Shown: positions 40,557 through 51,054, counted from the stretch's first letter. The stretch: 64,000 bases of DNA from an uncultured delta proteobacterium (GCA_963729715.1 CAVSPA010000007.1:96001-160000); one strand, 5' to 3'. The notes: generated from the sequence alone by a model not told the origin. Made by a program: numbers and translations.

Positions 40557-42131
40557 ATGAAATCGCTATATTTCACGGCGGATCATGAAATATTCAGGCG
40601 TATGGTGCGGCAATTCGTTGAAAAAGAAGTCACCCCACACGCGGAGGAATGGGAGAAGAATCGAGCCATTCCCCGCGCCATCTGGAACAGGATGGGGGAA
40701 CTGGGTTTTTTCGGCATCAATTACCCAGAAAAATATGGCGGAACGGCGACAGACTTTTTTTATTCCGTTGTCCTCCTCGAAGAACTGCCCCGCTCCACCA
40801 TGGGTGGCTTCGCTGCCGCCGTAAGCGTTCATGCCTATATGGCGGCGGAATATGTACACCGCTTCGGAAGCGAAGAGTTGAAAGAGAATTATCTCGTCCC
40901 CGCGATTTCAGGAAAAAAGATCGGCGCCCTGGCCATCACGGAACCGAACACGGGCTCGGACGTGGCGGCCATCAGGACCAAAGCCGTGAGACAAGGTGAC
41001 GATTACATCATTAACGGATCAAAGACCTTCATCACTAATGGCGTATTCGGAAATTTCGTCTTGGTAGCAGCAAAAACAGACGCTGAAGCCGGCGTGGGCG
41101 GAATCAGTCTGATTCTCGTGGATCGTGATACACCGGGATTTTCCGCACGGCAACTACACAAGATCGGCTGGCACTGTTCCGATACGGGGGAGCTCACCTT
41201 CGAAGATGTCCGCGTACCAGTCACAAACCTGATAGGCGAAGAAAACAGGGCGTTCTATTACATCATGGAATGCTTTCAACTGGAGCGCTTGGTCGGAGCC
41301 ATCGGCTCTATCAGCGGCGCCTTTCTCGGCCTGGAATCGACCCTCGCATATATCAAAGAGAGACAGGCCTTCAATAGACCCCTGGCGAAGTTTCAGGCGA
41401 TACGGCACACGCTGGCGGACTTGCAGACGGAGCTGGAAGCGGCCCGGCAGCTCACTTATTACACGGCATGGCTTCACAGTCAGGGCGAGACTGCTGCCCA
41501 TTTCTCGTCCATGGCCAAATTGCTCACGAGCGAGCTTGCCAAGAAAACCGCTGACGTGTGTCTCCAGTTCTTCGGTGGCTATGGCTATATGGACGAATAC
41601 CCCATCTCCAGGATGTACCGCGATGCAAGGGTAGGAACGATCGTTGGCGGCACCTCCGAGATCATGAGGGAGATCATCGCCCGTATCATGATCGATCAGG
41701 TGGGTTACCAGCCTGTTTCCGAAAGACTGGAAAAGGAGCAGAAAACAAATACTAAGCAAGCTACGCCCACATCGGTGAAAGAAGAAAGGGTCGTCCCCTT
41801 GCCAAAGACGGCGGCGGAAATCCTTCAAACCTTGCCTGAACGATTTATGCCCGAAACTGCCGGTGACTGGGAAACGGTATTTCATTTTGACATCTCCGGA
41901 ACCGAAGGCGGGCAGTTTACGGTAAACATCGCGAAAGGCAAATGCAGCGTCGAGGCCGGATTCAAGGGTGAGGCAAAATGTACCGTAAATGTTGCGGACA
42001 AGACCTACTGCGATATTGAATTGGGTAAGATGAAACCGGAATGGGCCTTCATGACGGGAGAGATCCGGATGTCCGATATGGCGGAGATTATGCGATTCAC
42101 TAAAATGTTTCGGAGACTTCCGAAGGGGTGA
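40557..42131 (+). CDS. Acyl-CoA dehydrogenase with C-terminal SCP2 lipid-binding domain
   Basis: RBS AAGGAG before ATG 40557. AITEPNTGSD, NGSKTFITN, FGGYGY and GGTSEIM motifs, then an SCP2-like tail (FHFDISG.EGG...AFMTGEIR). Confidence 0.88.
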   Translation: MKSLYFTADHEIFRRMVRQFVEKEVTPHAEEWEKNRAIPRAIWNRMGELGFFGINYPEKYGGTATDFFYSVVLLEELPRSTMGGFAAAVSVHAYMAAEYVHRFGSEELKENYLVPAISGKKIGALAITEPNTGSDVAAIRTKAVRQGDDYIINGSKTFITNGVFGNFVLVAAKTDAEAGVGGISLILVDRDTPGFSARQLHKIGWHCSDTGELTFEDVRVPVTNLIGEENRAFYYIMECFQLERLVGAIGSISGAFLGLESTLAYIKERQAFNRPLAKFQAIRHTLADLQTELEAARQLTYYTAWLHSQGETAAHFSSMAKLLTSELAKKTADVCLQFFGGYGYMDEYPISRMYRDARVGTIVGGTSEIMREIIARIMIDQVGYQPVSERLEKEQKTNTKQATPTSVKEERVVPLPKTAAEILQTLPERFMPETAGDWETVFHFDISGTEGGQFTVNIAKGKCSVEAGFKGEAKCTVNVADKTYCDIELGKMKPEWAFMTGEIRMSDMAEIMRFTKMFRRLPKG

Positions 42132-42206
42132 GGCAATAGCGGGCTTAAATGACAAATGGTCTTGCTGCGAGTAGAGACCGAACTTGATGTGGGGTGAAAT
42201 GTCAAG

Positions 42207-43736
42207 GTGAAGGCAGGGAGCGCATTCCAGGAGAAGAGGATCGGGGGAGAGATGACCGCCTTCCTCGCCCTTTTTCTCGACAACCTCGGTGTCCTCATCT
42301 TCATGAGCTCTATTCTCATATTCACGTTCAACTATCCAGCAGATATCATCCTGACACGCATGATTCCCGGTACAGCCATAGGGGTCTTCTTCGGCGATAT
42401 TGTCTATTCTTATTTAGCAATCCGCCTGCAAAAGAGAACGGGCCGCAGAGATGTTACGGCCATGCCGCTCGGTCTCGATACGCCCTCTTCCATCGGCCTC
42501 ACTTATGCCGTTCTCGGCCCCGCCTACATCGTCACACGCGATGCAGAACTCACCTGGCAGATCGGCATGGCCACCCTCTTCATGATTGGAGTCGTCAAGG
42601 TCATAACCTCTTTTTGCGGCGCCTGGGCGCAGCGCGTCATACCGACGGCCGGACTACTGGGGTCCATCGCCGGCGTGGGTCTTTTGCTCCTCGGCTTTCT
42701 GCCTCTCATCGAAATCTTCAACGAGGTAGTTGTCGGTGTCGTGGCTATGGGAATTATTTTTGCCGTCCTCCTCGGGAAGATGAATTTCCCTGGCAGAGTA
42801 TCCGGCGTGTTGATCGCCGTCCTTCTCGGCACTGCCATCCATTTTATTCTCGGATACAGCGGACATCTTCCGGAATTCAAGGAGCCATCTTTTGAGATGT
42901 CCCTGTGTCTCCCGGTTATTTCCGTCGATTTCCTCAAGACTCTGCCGCAGAGCATTCAGTATCTTCCCGTCGCCATTCCCTTCGGCATCATGACAATTAT
43001 CGGCGGCATCAATAATACAGAGAGCGCCCGTCTCGCGGGTGATGACTACCGCATGAGAGATATCCTGTTGACCGAGGCGTTCACCTCTCTGATCGCGTCT
43101 TTCTTCGGCGGTGTGGCTCAGACCACACCGTATATCGGACATCCGGCATACAAGAAGATGGGCGCTACCCACTGGTATACGCTCCTTACCGCCGGCGCCA
43201 TCGGCATCGGTTCAGTAATCGGTCTCTTATCAATGATAGTGGGCATCATCCCCCGTGCCGTACTGGCCCCGATCTTCATCTTCATCGGTTTTGAGATCGT
43301 CCATCAAGCCTACAAAGAGGCGCCGGAAGCGCATTCCCCGGCTATCAGCCTGAGCTTCATGCCGGTCGTTGCCAACCTTGTGATAATAATTCTCGGCCAG
43401 TTTCTGGGCGCCATGGCCATCACACCCGACAAGCTCCCCATGCGTTTACAAATCATGTATCAAAGCCTCACCGTGCTCAGCAATGGTTTTATCCTCACAG
43501 CGCTCCTATGGGGAAGCATGCTGGCCTTTCTGATCGACCGCAAGCCGCGGCTTGCCGCCCTTTGTACATTTACCTGTGCGTTCTTTACTCTCTTTGGTGT
43601 CATCCATTCTGTGTCGCCCACAGGCGAGGTGTACCTGCCCTGGACGGTTGCATCACACGCGCATTACACAATCGCCTTTGCCTATATCCTCCTATCCGGA
43701 ATCCTTTTGACCTTCACAAGAAAGACGAATCGGTAA
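42207..43736 (+). CDS. NCS2/AzgA-like nucleobase permease family protein
   Basis: TAMPLGLDTPS, ESARLAGDDY and TTPYIGHPAYKKMG motifs; polytopic. Confidence 0.75.
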   Translation: MKAGSAFQEKRIGGEMTAFLALFLDNLGVLIFMSSILIFTFNYPADIILTRMIPGTAIGVFFGDIVYSYLAIRLQKRTGRRDVTAMPLGLDTPSSIGLTYAVLGPAYIVTRDAELTWQIGMATLFMIGVVKVITSFCGAWAQRVIPTAGLLGSIAGVGLLLLGFLPLIEIFNEVVVGVVAMGIIFAVLLGKMNFPGRVSGVLIAVLLGTAIHFILGYSGHLPEFKEPSFEMSLCLPVISVDFLKTLPQSIQYLPVAIPFGIMTIIGGINNTESARLAGDDYRMRDILLTEAFTSLIASFFGGVAQTTPYIGHPAYKKMGATHWYTLLTAGAIGIGSVIGLLSMIVGIIPRAVLAPIFIFIGFEIVHQAYKEAPEAHSPAISLSFMPVVANLVIIILGQFLGAMAITPDKLPMRLQIMYQSLTVLSNGFILTALLWGSMLAFLIDRKPRLAALCTFTCAFFTLFGVIHSVSPTGEVYLPWTVASHAHYTIAFAYILLSGILLTFTRKTNR

Positions 43737-44045
43737 AGAATTTTTTCTTCGCCCCTTTTCCAACAAAAATCTTTTGGGGCATCTATTAAATAAAATTCTT
43801 GAGGTGCCGGTAAGAACCAGAGAAAGGTCAAGGCCGGATTTTGTATAATAATTGCCGTCATATGTAGACCTCACAACCCCTTAGCGGCACCCACCAAAAA
43901 CATTTTCTCAGCAAAAAGGATTTTGTGCCCGGCATCACATTTTTTTATTTGATCATGCGGTAGATTGCATCCAAATAGTGATTCACAAAAATCTCGTGTG
44001 AGAAAAATTGCACTTTTTCATGTCGTCTTTGAAGAAAGGATATTC

Positions 44046-44894
44046 ATGCCTGACTACAGAAGATTGAAAATATACTGCCAAAGAGCCATCACGCCAGTCA
44101 CTATAATGTTTATCCCCCACGACAATCCCCGAAGGGCACTGAATTTAAATATTCCGGCTATTGGTCTTTTTGTATCGGTTATTTGCAGTCTTGTCGGCGC
44201 CGTTTACCTTGCCTCCATGATTCCCGATGCTATCAAATACCAAGGTATGGAAAAACAACTCCTTGATTATTCAAGAAAAGTTTGTGATTTCAACGCCACG
44301 CTATTGTCTTTGAAAAAAGCGGAAAATGAACTACATCAGTTGCTATCCCACGGTTCCAGAGAAAAGATCTTGGAAAAAGTTGATACATCGGACATAGGGT
44401 CGTTCGACATCAATCAGATTCAGGAGCAGATCGAAACTTCCATTGAGACCGTCAGCGCTATCAAGGATTATCTGCGGTCCGAGAAGGATCTCTATCTCGC
44501 CACCCCCAAGGGTTTTCCCGTTGAGGGATCAATCTCTTCTCCTTATGGCAGTAGAATCAATCCGATTTCGCAACGTCCTGAATTTCACCGCGGCCTTGAT
44601 ATTTCCGCTGACGCGGGTACTCCCGTCAGGGCGACAGCGGATGGGGTTGTCGTCTTTTCCGGTTATAACACAGGCGGAGGCAACGTTGTTGTGATTGCCC
44701 ATGGCCATCATTTTTCGACTTATTATGCGCACAACCGGAAGAACGCGGCACAAGTGGGCCAGAAGGTCAAGCGGGGAAACGTCATCGGATATGTCGGTTC
44801 GACCGGTTCTGCTACAGGAAACCACGTTCATTATGAAGTCTGGCACAAGGGAAAAAGTGAAAATCCAAACTACTATACAAAGGGGAGGTCGTGA
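44046..44894 (+). CDS. M23-family peptidoglycan endopeptidase with N-terminal TM and coiled coil
   Basis: HRGLD (HxxxD), YAH and HVHYEV (HxH). Likely start at ATG 44046 after AAAGGA. Confidence 0.9.
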   Translation: MPDYRRLKIYCQRAITPVTIMFIPHDNPRRALNLNIPAIGLFVSVICSLVGAVYLASMIPDAIKYQGMEKQLLDYSRKVCDFNATLLSLKKAENELHQLLSHGSREKILEKVDTSDIGSFDINQIQEQIETSIETVSAIKDYLRSEKDLYLATPKGFPVEGSISSPYGSRINPISQRPEFHRGLDISADAGTPVRATADGVVVFSGYNTGGGNVVVIAHGHHFSTYYAHNRKNAAQVGQKVKRGNVIGYVGSTGSATGNHVHYEVWHKGKSENPNYYTKGRS

Positions 44895-45286
44895 TGTTTA
44901 CCACCAGAAAGTCGGATAGACTCGAGCTCATGATTAGGGAAAGTTCCAAAATTACGGGGTATATCGAATCTGCAGGAACGATCCTTATCGAAGGAACTAT
45001 CATAGGCAACATGCATGGCAATAAAGTCATCCTTGGCGAAAAATCCTACGTCAAGGGCGATATCTCGGCCAACAATATCTCCATAGCCGGTAAGATCGAA
45101 GGTCAGTTGAAGGGAAAAGAAAGCATCGAAGTCAAGGCAACGGGGCATATCTCCGGGGATATGGTGACAAAACACCTCTCCATGATGAAGGGCGCAATAT
45201 TTAACGGTATGTCCAGCATGGATGATGCAGGGCAGGATCAAATGGAAGAGACCGATAAAAAGGTTATCGAGTTTGCGGCAAAGTAA
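44891..45286 (+). CDS. Bactofilin (polymer-forming cytoskeletal protein)
   Basis: Repeating beta-helix pattern (I.G.I.G...V.GDI...I.GKIEG) ending GAIFNG; overlaps the M23 gene stop. Confidence 0.9.
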   Translation: MMFTTRKSDRLELMIRESSKITGYIESAGTILIEGTIIGNMHGNKVILGEKSYVKGDISANNISIAGKIEGQLKGKESIEVKATGHISGDMVTKHLSMMKGAIFNGMSSMDDAGQDQMEETDKKVIEFAAK

Positions 45287-45529
45287 CGATGACCGTTCTG
45301 TACAAAGAAGAGATGTGGCCATTCCCCGTCTTTTCGCCCGGCAAATTGACAATGACAAATCTCATTTAGTCCTTCCTGCCGGGTTCTGACTTTTTCCAGT
45401 AAAACATTACAACTCCATCTCAAAGTGTGGTAGAATTTTTAAGGATGCTGTTCGATACGGACGGGAGCACTGTGTCCATTTTGAGGCCTGTCTGAAAAGC
45501 CATCCGGCACAATGTAATGGAGTAACGCT

Positions 45530-46360
45530 GTGATTATCGGGGAATTGGCGGGCTTTATTTTTGCAGGAGCCGCTGTTGCGGGATTTATCGGATCCATCAC
45601 CGGACTGGGCGGCGGCGTGGTTCTTGTGCCCTTCCTTGCCCTGGGACTGGGTGTTGATATGCACTATGCAATCGGCGCGTCACTGGTCTCCGTGATTGCC
45701 ACTTCGTCGGGAGCGGCCGTTGCCTATATCCGTGAAGGCTATGCGAACATCCGTGCAGGGATGTTTCTGGAAGTGGCAACCGTGTTGGGGGCAACGTTCG
45801 GAGCTTTTCTAACTACCCGGGTGACAACGGGAGCGATCGCCGTTGTCTTCGGGATCGCATTGCTGTTTTCTCTCATACCATTCCGAGCCCGCGACAAAAA
45901 AAAGGGGGATTCGATAGATCCTTTAGCAGCATGGTTGAGGTTTGACGCAAGTTATCCCACGTCTACCGGTATGCGGGAATATCACGTACATCGCGTGCCC
46001 CTTGGCTTCTTCATCATGGCCGTTGCCGGGTCGCTCTCCGGATTACTGGGAATCGGCTCAGGCGCGACGAAGGTGCTCGCTATGGACCGCGCCATGGGGT
46101 TCCCGTTTAAGGTGTCGACTACGACCAGCAACTTTATGATCGGTGTCACTGCCGCAGCCAGCGCCGGTATTTACTTGAGTCAGGGCTATATTGATCCGGG
46201 CCTAACCATGCCGACGATGTTAGGGACTCTCGCCGGAGCGCTGCTCGGGACGCGGGTATTGATTGGTACGGAAACGCGGATATTGCGATGGGTCTTCGGC
46301 GTCGTGATCCTGGCCCTCGGGGTGGAGATGATCTTTAACGGATTAACAGGAAGACTGTGA
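45530..46360 (+). CDS. TauE/SafE (TSUP) family transporter
   Basis: GLGGG, AIGASLVSVIATSSG, SGLLGIGSG and STTTSNFMIGVTAA. Confidence 0.9.
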   Translation: MIIGELAGFIFAGAAVAGFIGSITGLGGGVVLVPFLALGLGVDMHYAIGASLVSVIATSSGAAVAYIREGYANIRAGMFLEVATVLGATFGAFLTTRVTTGAIAVVFGIALLFSLIPFRARDKKKGDSIDPLAAWLRFDASYPTSTGMREYHVHRVPLGFFIMAVAGSLSGLLGIGSGATKVLAMDRAMGFPFKVSTTTSNFMIGVTAAASAGIYLSQGYIDPGLTMPTMLGTLAGALLGTRVLIGTETRILRWVFGVVILALGVEMIFNGLTGRL

Positions 46361-46361
46361 T

Positions 46362-46745
46362 ATGCAGCCGGAGCGAAATTACTGGACCGATGAGCGCATT
46401 GAGAAGGTAGTCAGCCTGCTGCTTCGCATCGGGGTTGTCGGCGCCGCGGCGATTGTCCTGCTGGGTGGCGTTCTGTATCTCTTCCAGTACGCCTTGACCG
46501 CTCCCCATTATGAGGTCTTTCAGGGTGAGCCTCCCCGTTTATGCACAGTGAGCGGCATTATTGCGACTGCGCTCACCCTTGAAAGTTCGGGCATCATTCA
46601 ACTCGGGCTGCTGCTCCTCATCGTGACGCCGATTGCCCGGGTCGTTTTTTCCGTGGTAGCCTTCGGTATGCAACGTGACCGTCTCTACGTGAGCGTAACC
46701 ATCATCGTGCTTATCGTACTCCTTTATAACCTGCTTCCGGGATGA
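46362..46745 (+). CDS. DUF1634-family membrane protein
   Basis: LLRIGV, GLLLLIVTPIARV and RDRLY; usual partner of this TSUP subtype. Confidence 0.85.
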   Translation: MQPERNYWTDERIEKVVSLLLRIGVVGAAAIVLLGGVLYLFQYALTAPHYEVFQGEPPRLCTVSGIIATALTLESSGIIQLGLLLLIVTPIARVVFSVVAFGMQRDRLYVSVTIIVLIVLLYNLLPG

Positions 46746-46920
46746 ACAGTCCGCGGCTCAATAAATCCTCGTATAAATTAGTATGCAGGGTCTGCTTAAG
46801 AAGACGGGCCTAAGAAACGACTCTATTAATGGACCGATGCGGCCTGACAATCAAGAAGACAAGGCTCGCAACTGAAGGGATTGTTCAATGCTGACATTCT
46901 TGAACCATGGAGCAAAAATG

Positions 46921-46948
46921 AAAAAGGGGGCACGTACGGCCCCCTTTT
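46921..46948. terminator. Bidirectional intrinsic terminator
   Basis: AAAAAGGGGGC-acgtacg-GCCCCCTTTT between convergent genes. Confidence 0.75.
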
Positions 46949-47006
46949 AAAAGAAAAGATTAAATTGTCTGATTCAGCCTTTTTCTTTTCAGTAGTGATA
47001 GTTTTT

Positions 47007-49424
47007 TTACTTGTCGAATTTATCGACCGGAATCCGCATCGCGTAGAAGGATCTCCAGACAAAGACCACAGCAATGAGAAAGAATACGACGCCTACGATT
47101 CCGGCGCTTTCTCTCATCCCCGGGGCTATGGCCATTTCCATTGCCAGAAGCCCGAACAGTGTCGTGAATTTTATGATCGGGTTCAAAGCGACCGAAGAGG
47201 TATCCTTGAAGGGATCGCCGACGGTGTCGCCGATAACCGCTGCCGCATGCAAAGGTGTTCCCCTTTCTTTCAGATCAACTTCAACGACCTTCTTGGCGTT
47301 GTCCCAACATCCGCCTGCATTGGCCATGAAAAGCGCCTGGAAGAGACCGAATACCGCAATCGAGATCAGGTAGCTGATAAAGAAGGATGCAGGCTCGGGT
47401 CCGGAAACCGGAGCGGAGAAAAACGCGAAGGCCAGGGCAAAAGAAAAGATCGCAATAAATATGTTGAACATACCCTTCTGTGCATACTGTGTGCAAATCT
47501 TCACGACCTCCTTTGAGTTGTCGATGGAGGCGCTCAGACTGGCTTCGTCGTCAAGATTGATGTTCTTCTTGATATACTGGACTGCTCTGTAAGCGCCAGT
47601 GGTGACAGCCTGGGTGGATGCACCTGTGAACCAGTAAATAACGGATCCGCCACAGAGGAAGCCGAGCAGCGTGTAAGGATTAAGCAGGTTCAAGATCATC
47701 TCCGGCTGAATTCCGAGGGCCTTACGGAGCAGAAGGATCAGGGAGAAAATCATGGTCGTGGCCCCCACGACGGCCGTACCGATCAGAACCGGCTTGGCGG
47801 TTGCCTTGAAGGTGTTTCCGCAACTGTCATTCTCTTCCAGGTAGTGCTTGGCTACGTCCATCCGGGGCTTGAATCCGAACTCTTTTTCAATTTCTTGTTC
47901 AATATTCGGGATAGTCTCAATCAAAGACAGCTCATAGATGGACTGTGCATTATCCGTAACCGGGCCATAACTGTCGACCGCTATTGTAACAGGCCCCATG
48001 CCGAGGAAACCGAAAGCCACAAGACCGAACGCGAAGACCGACGAATATTCCATAAAGTGGTTAAGGCCGAATGTGCTCGTATAGTAAGCGGCAAACATCA
48101 GGGCTGCTATGGAAATGCCGATCCAGAAGGCGCTGAAGTTACCGGCGACAAATCCGGAAAGGATATCGAGAGAGGGTCCGCCTTCTCGCGCTGCCGTGAC
48201 CACTTCGGCACAGTGAGAGGATTTCGAGCTCGTGAATACTTTAACAAGCTCCGGAATCAGCGCCGCCGCGAGCGTACCGCAGCTGATAATAATCGAAAGC
48301 TTGAACCACAGGTTATCCGCGAGATGACCAAGCTGCCATTTACTGATGGCGAAGGTCACAAAGATCGAAATAATCGATGTAATCCAGACGAGCGATGTCA
48401 GAGAGGCCTCGAAGTTGACCTTCTCCTTATCCCCCATGATCGCTGTCGAGACGACCCCGTTGATAAAGTAAGAGACGATGGAGGTGATGATCATCAAGAT
48501 GCGCATAACGAAGATCCAGACAAGCAGTTCTGCCTGATACTGGGGGAAAGCAGCGAGGACGATGAAGCTGATCAGGGCAACGCCGGTAACACCGTAGGTT
48601 TCGAAACCGTCGGCCGTAGGTCCGACACTGTCACCCGCATTGTCTCCGGTACAGTCGGCGATGACGCCCGGGTTTCTCGGGTCGTCCTCTTTGATGGTAA
48701 AGACGATCTTCATGAGGTCCGAACCGATGTCGGCTATCTTCGTGAAGATACCGCCGCAGATACGCAGCGCGCTTGCGCCCAGAGACTCCCCAATCGCGAA
48801 TCCGATGAAGGATGCGCCGGCCACGTCGCGGGGCATGAAGACCAGAATGATGAGCATCATGATGAGTTCGACGCAAACCAAAAGTACGCCGATGCTCATG
48901 CCAGCGGTGAGTGGAATATTAAGCAGTTTGATCGGCTTGCCTTCAAGGGACGCGAAAGCCATTCGGCTATTGGCAAGGGTATTCATCCGGATGCCGAACC
49001 AGGCGACCCCGTATGAGCCTAAGATACCCACAACGGACCAGGCGAGGATAATAAGCACGCCGTTCATACCCATATGTTGAAGAGCGCCGAAGTAGTAAAT
49101 GATGCAGGCACCGATAAACACTTCCAGAACGATCAGCAGCTTGCCCTGCTGAAGAAGATACGTCTTGCATGTCTGGAAAATGATCTCAGAGATATCCAGC
49201 ATGGATTTGTGGGCCGGAAGCGCTTTGACCTTGGTATATTGATAAAGGCCGAAACCCATCCCGGCAAAGCAGATCAGAAATCCGATCATCAGGAGGTTGT
49301 TTTGGGACGAAGTTAATTCAGGAATGTTTAACTCCGCTTCGCTTGCAAGTATAGGCGTTGCAAAAAGAATCAAAAGGACGGCTAAGATACTTGCTTGGAA
49401 AAACTTTTTTTTCGTAAACATCAC
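47007..49424 (-). CDS. hppA: Membrane-bound ion-translocating pyrophosphatase (K+-independent signature)
   Basis: GGIFTKIADIGSDL, EDDPRN, DNAGD, DSYGPVTDNA, GNTFKA and GDTVGDPFKDT. Confidence 0.93.
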   Translation of the reverse strand: MMFTKKKFFQASILAVLLILFATPILASEAELNIPELTSSQNNLLMIGFLICFAGMGFGLYQYTKVKALPAHKSMLDISEIIFQTCKTYLLQQGKLLIVLEVFIGACIIYYFGALQHMGMNGVLIILAWSVVGILGSYGVAWFGIRMNTLANSRMAFASLEGKPIKLLNIPLTAGMSIGVLLVCVELIMMLIILVFMPRDVAGASFIGFAIGESLGASALRICGGIFTKIADIGSDLMKIVFTIKEDDPRNPGVIADCTGDNAGDSVGPTADGFETYGVTGVALISFIVLAAFPQYQAELLVWIFVMRILMIITSIVSYFINGVVSTAIMGDKEKVNFEASLTSLVWITSIISIFVTFAISKWQLGHLADNLWFKLSIIISCGTLAAALIPELVKVFTSSKSSHCAEVVTAAREGGPSLDILSGFVAGNFSAFWIGISIAALMFAAYYTSTFGLNHFMEYSSVFAFGLVAFGFLGMGPVTIAVDSYGPVTDNAQSIYELSLIETIPNIEQEIEKEFGFKPRMDVAKHYLEENDSCGNTFKATAKPVLIGTAVVGATTMIFSLILLLRKALGIQPEMILNLLNPYTLLGFLCGGSVIYWFTGASTQAVTTGAYRAVQYIKKNINLDDEASLSASIDNSKEVVKICTQYAQKGMFNIFIAIFSFALAFAFFSAPVSGPEPASFFISYLISIAVFGLFQALFMANAGGCWDNAKKVVEVDLKERGTPLHAAAVIGDTVGDPFKDTSSVALNPIIKFTTLFGLLAMEMAIAPGMRESAGIVGVVFFLIAVVFVWRSFYAMRIPVDKFDK

Positions 49425-49502
49425 TTGTTGTCTCCTTCTTTAGATATATTATTTCTTGCGCAATGATTTACCAGAAAATAACCCCAGGACAAAACCTTGC
49501 GC

Positions 49503-49531
49503 GAGTTAGCACAGCCCCCATCTCTTGTCAA
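49503..49531 (-). promoter_or_regulatory. Putative sigma70 promoter of hppA
   Basis: Minus strand TTGACA-17 bp-TAACTC with extended TG. Confidence 0.5.
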
Positions 49532-49778
49532 TACTTTTGTGAACTTCCTCTTCTAAGAACATGATAACATGGGAAGAAATGCAAACTTCGCGCACCCTCA
49601 TTTGTCATGTCAATTATTTACCCTTGGAACTCTTGCCCGCGTCCGCAATTGTTTCATAAACTCATTAAAATCGATGACATTTGCGCTTACCTGCGGCTTT
49701 TTTTCATGATTAACCTTCAATTGATTAAGATTAGCAGAAGGGCAGATTCAAGAGGTGAAAACCAAATGACCCTGGCAA

Positions 49779-49828
49779 TTGAAGCTCTCCGCAGCAAGCG
49801 AAGGTGTTTGCGCCCGCTACCGAATTCA
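49779..49828 (+). repeat. Internally deleted, degenerate copy of the TTGA...TTCA element
   Basis: TTGAAGCTCTCCGCAGCAAGC...GCGCCCGCTACCGAATTCA shares both ends with the 38610-38726 and 54787 copies. Confidence 0.7.
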
Positions 49829-49975
49829 TACGAAACCTTTTCTCAGCAAGGGAACTTCTTATGAGATCATCATGAAATAATTTGTTGCTATGGCAGGGGA
49901 AATTTCGTTTCTTGCGAAAGCACGAAGCCGGATGCAGGTGTGTATCTATTAAGCCGGCGACAGTTCTTTAAGTTT

Positions 49976-50941
49976 CTATTTCAGTCTTGATGACGGGAGC
50001 CACTCGTCGACGACTTTTTCGACAACATTGTACGGATTCAGCTTGTGGTTCATGATCTCTTCCACCATCTGTTCTATCCTGCTGTTTTTCGCGAGGCGCT
50101 CACGGATGATACGGAAAAGTTCATGGTGAATCATCTGCAGGGTCTCCTCGCGTATGCGATTGCGACGCTTCTCCATAAGCTTGCCGCTCTGTTCGAGATA
50201 TACGCGGTGCGCTGTAATAGCTTCCAGAAGTTCCTCCTCGCCTTTCCCTTCCACAGCCACAGTCTGGATCACCGGCGGCACCCATGCACGGTCCTTTATG
50301 CTTGCATCTTGGTCGACACGAAACCGTACTTCGGAGAAGAGTTGGTCAGCTCCGGGCTGGTCGTACTTGTTGATCACATAGATGTCTGCAATTTCCATGA
50401 TCCCGGCCTTCATGCTCTGAATTACATCGCCCAGGCCGGGCACCAGGACGACGCACGTAGTATCTGCCACGCGCATGACATCGACCTCGTCCTGCCCTAC
50501 ACCAACTGTCTCGATTATGACAAAATCCTTCCCCCCTGCATCCAGTACTTTGACGGCGCCGCGGGTAAACTGGGCCAGCCCTCCCAGATAGCCACGGGTT
50601 GCCATGCTGCGCATGAAAACCCCTCCGTCCTCACTGTGACGTGTCATCCGGATCCGGTCTCCAAGCAGGGCTCCTCCCGTGAAAGGACTCGAAGGATCGA
50701 CTGCCACAATTCCTACAGTAAGATTTTTGCTGCGCAGATGCCAGGTCACACCGTCAGTAAGGGTGCTCTTCCCAGTCCCGGGAGAACCGGTGATTCCCAG
50801 AACATAGGCATTTCCCGTGTGAGGATAAATTTTCTCCATGCAGGGACGCGCCCGCTCATCTTCGTTTTCAAGCCAGGTGATCACGCGGGCCATGGCGAGC
50901 GGCGAGCCTTCGAGGATTTCTGCTACATAATCAATATCCAT
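49976..50941 (-). CDS. meaB: Methylmalonyl-CoA mutase-associated GTPase
   Basis: GSPGTGKST, DPSSPFTGGALLGDRIRM, RSMATRG, ETVGVGQ and NK.D. Confidence 0.93.
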   Translation of the reverse strand: MDIDYVAEILEGSPLAMARVITWLENEDERARPCMEKIYPHTGNAYVLGITGSPGTGKSTLTDGVTWHLRSKNLTVGIVAVDPSSPFTGGALLGDRIRMTRHSEDGGVFMRSMATRGYLGGLAQFTRGAVKVLDAGGKDFVIIETVGVGQDEVDVMRVADTTCVVLVPGLGDVIQSMKAGIMEIADIYVINKYDQPGADQLFSEVRFRVDQDASIKDRAWVPPVIQTVAVEGKGEEELLEAITAHRVYLEQSGKLMEKRRNRIREETLQMIHHELFRIIRERLAKNSRIEQMVEEIMNHKLNPYNVVEKVVDEWLPSSRLK

Positions 50942-51024
50942 ATTCTATCTATTCGCTCCTGCAGACTGATGCATCTGTGAACCACAGGAGCATTAAACCG
51001 GCAGTCTGATTGTATTTCAATAGC

Positions 51025-51054
51025 ACAGGGGAGACAACATGAAGTCTCCCCTGT
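51025..51054. other. Hairpin between mutase small subunit and meaB
   Basis: ACAGGGGAGAC-N8-GTCTCCCCTGT. Confidence 0.5.

Noticed and set aside
41154..42155. 333-aa minus-strand ORF
   Set aside because: Antisense shadow of the acyl-CoA dehydrogenase.
47844..49016. 390-aa plus-strand ORF
   Set aside because: Antisense shadow of hppA with no recognisable motifs.
50045..50980. 311-aa plus-strand ORF
   Set aside because: Antisense shadow of meaB.
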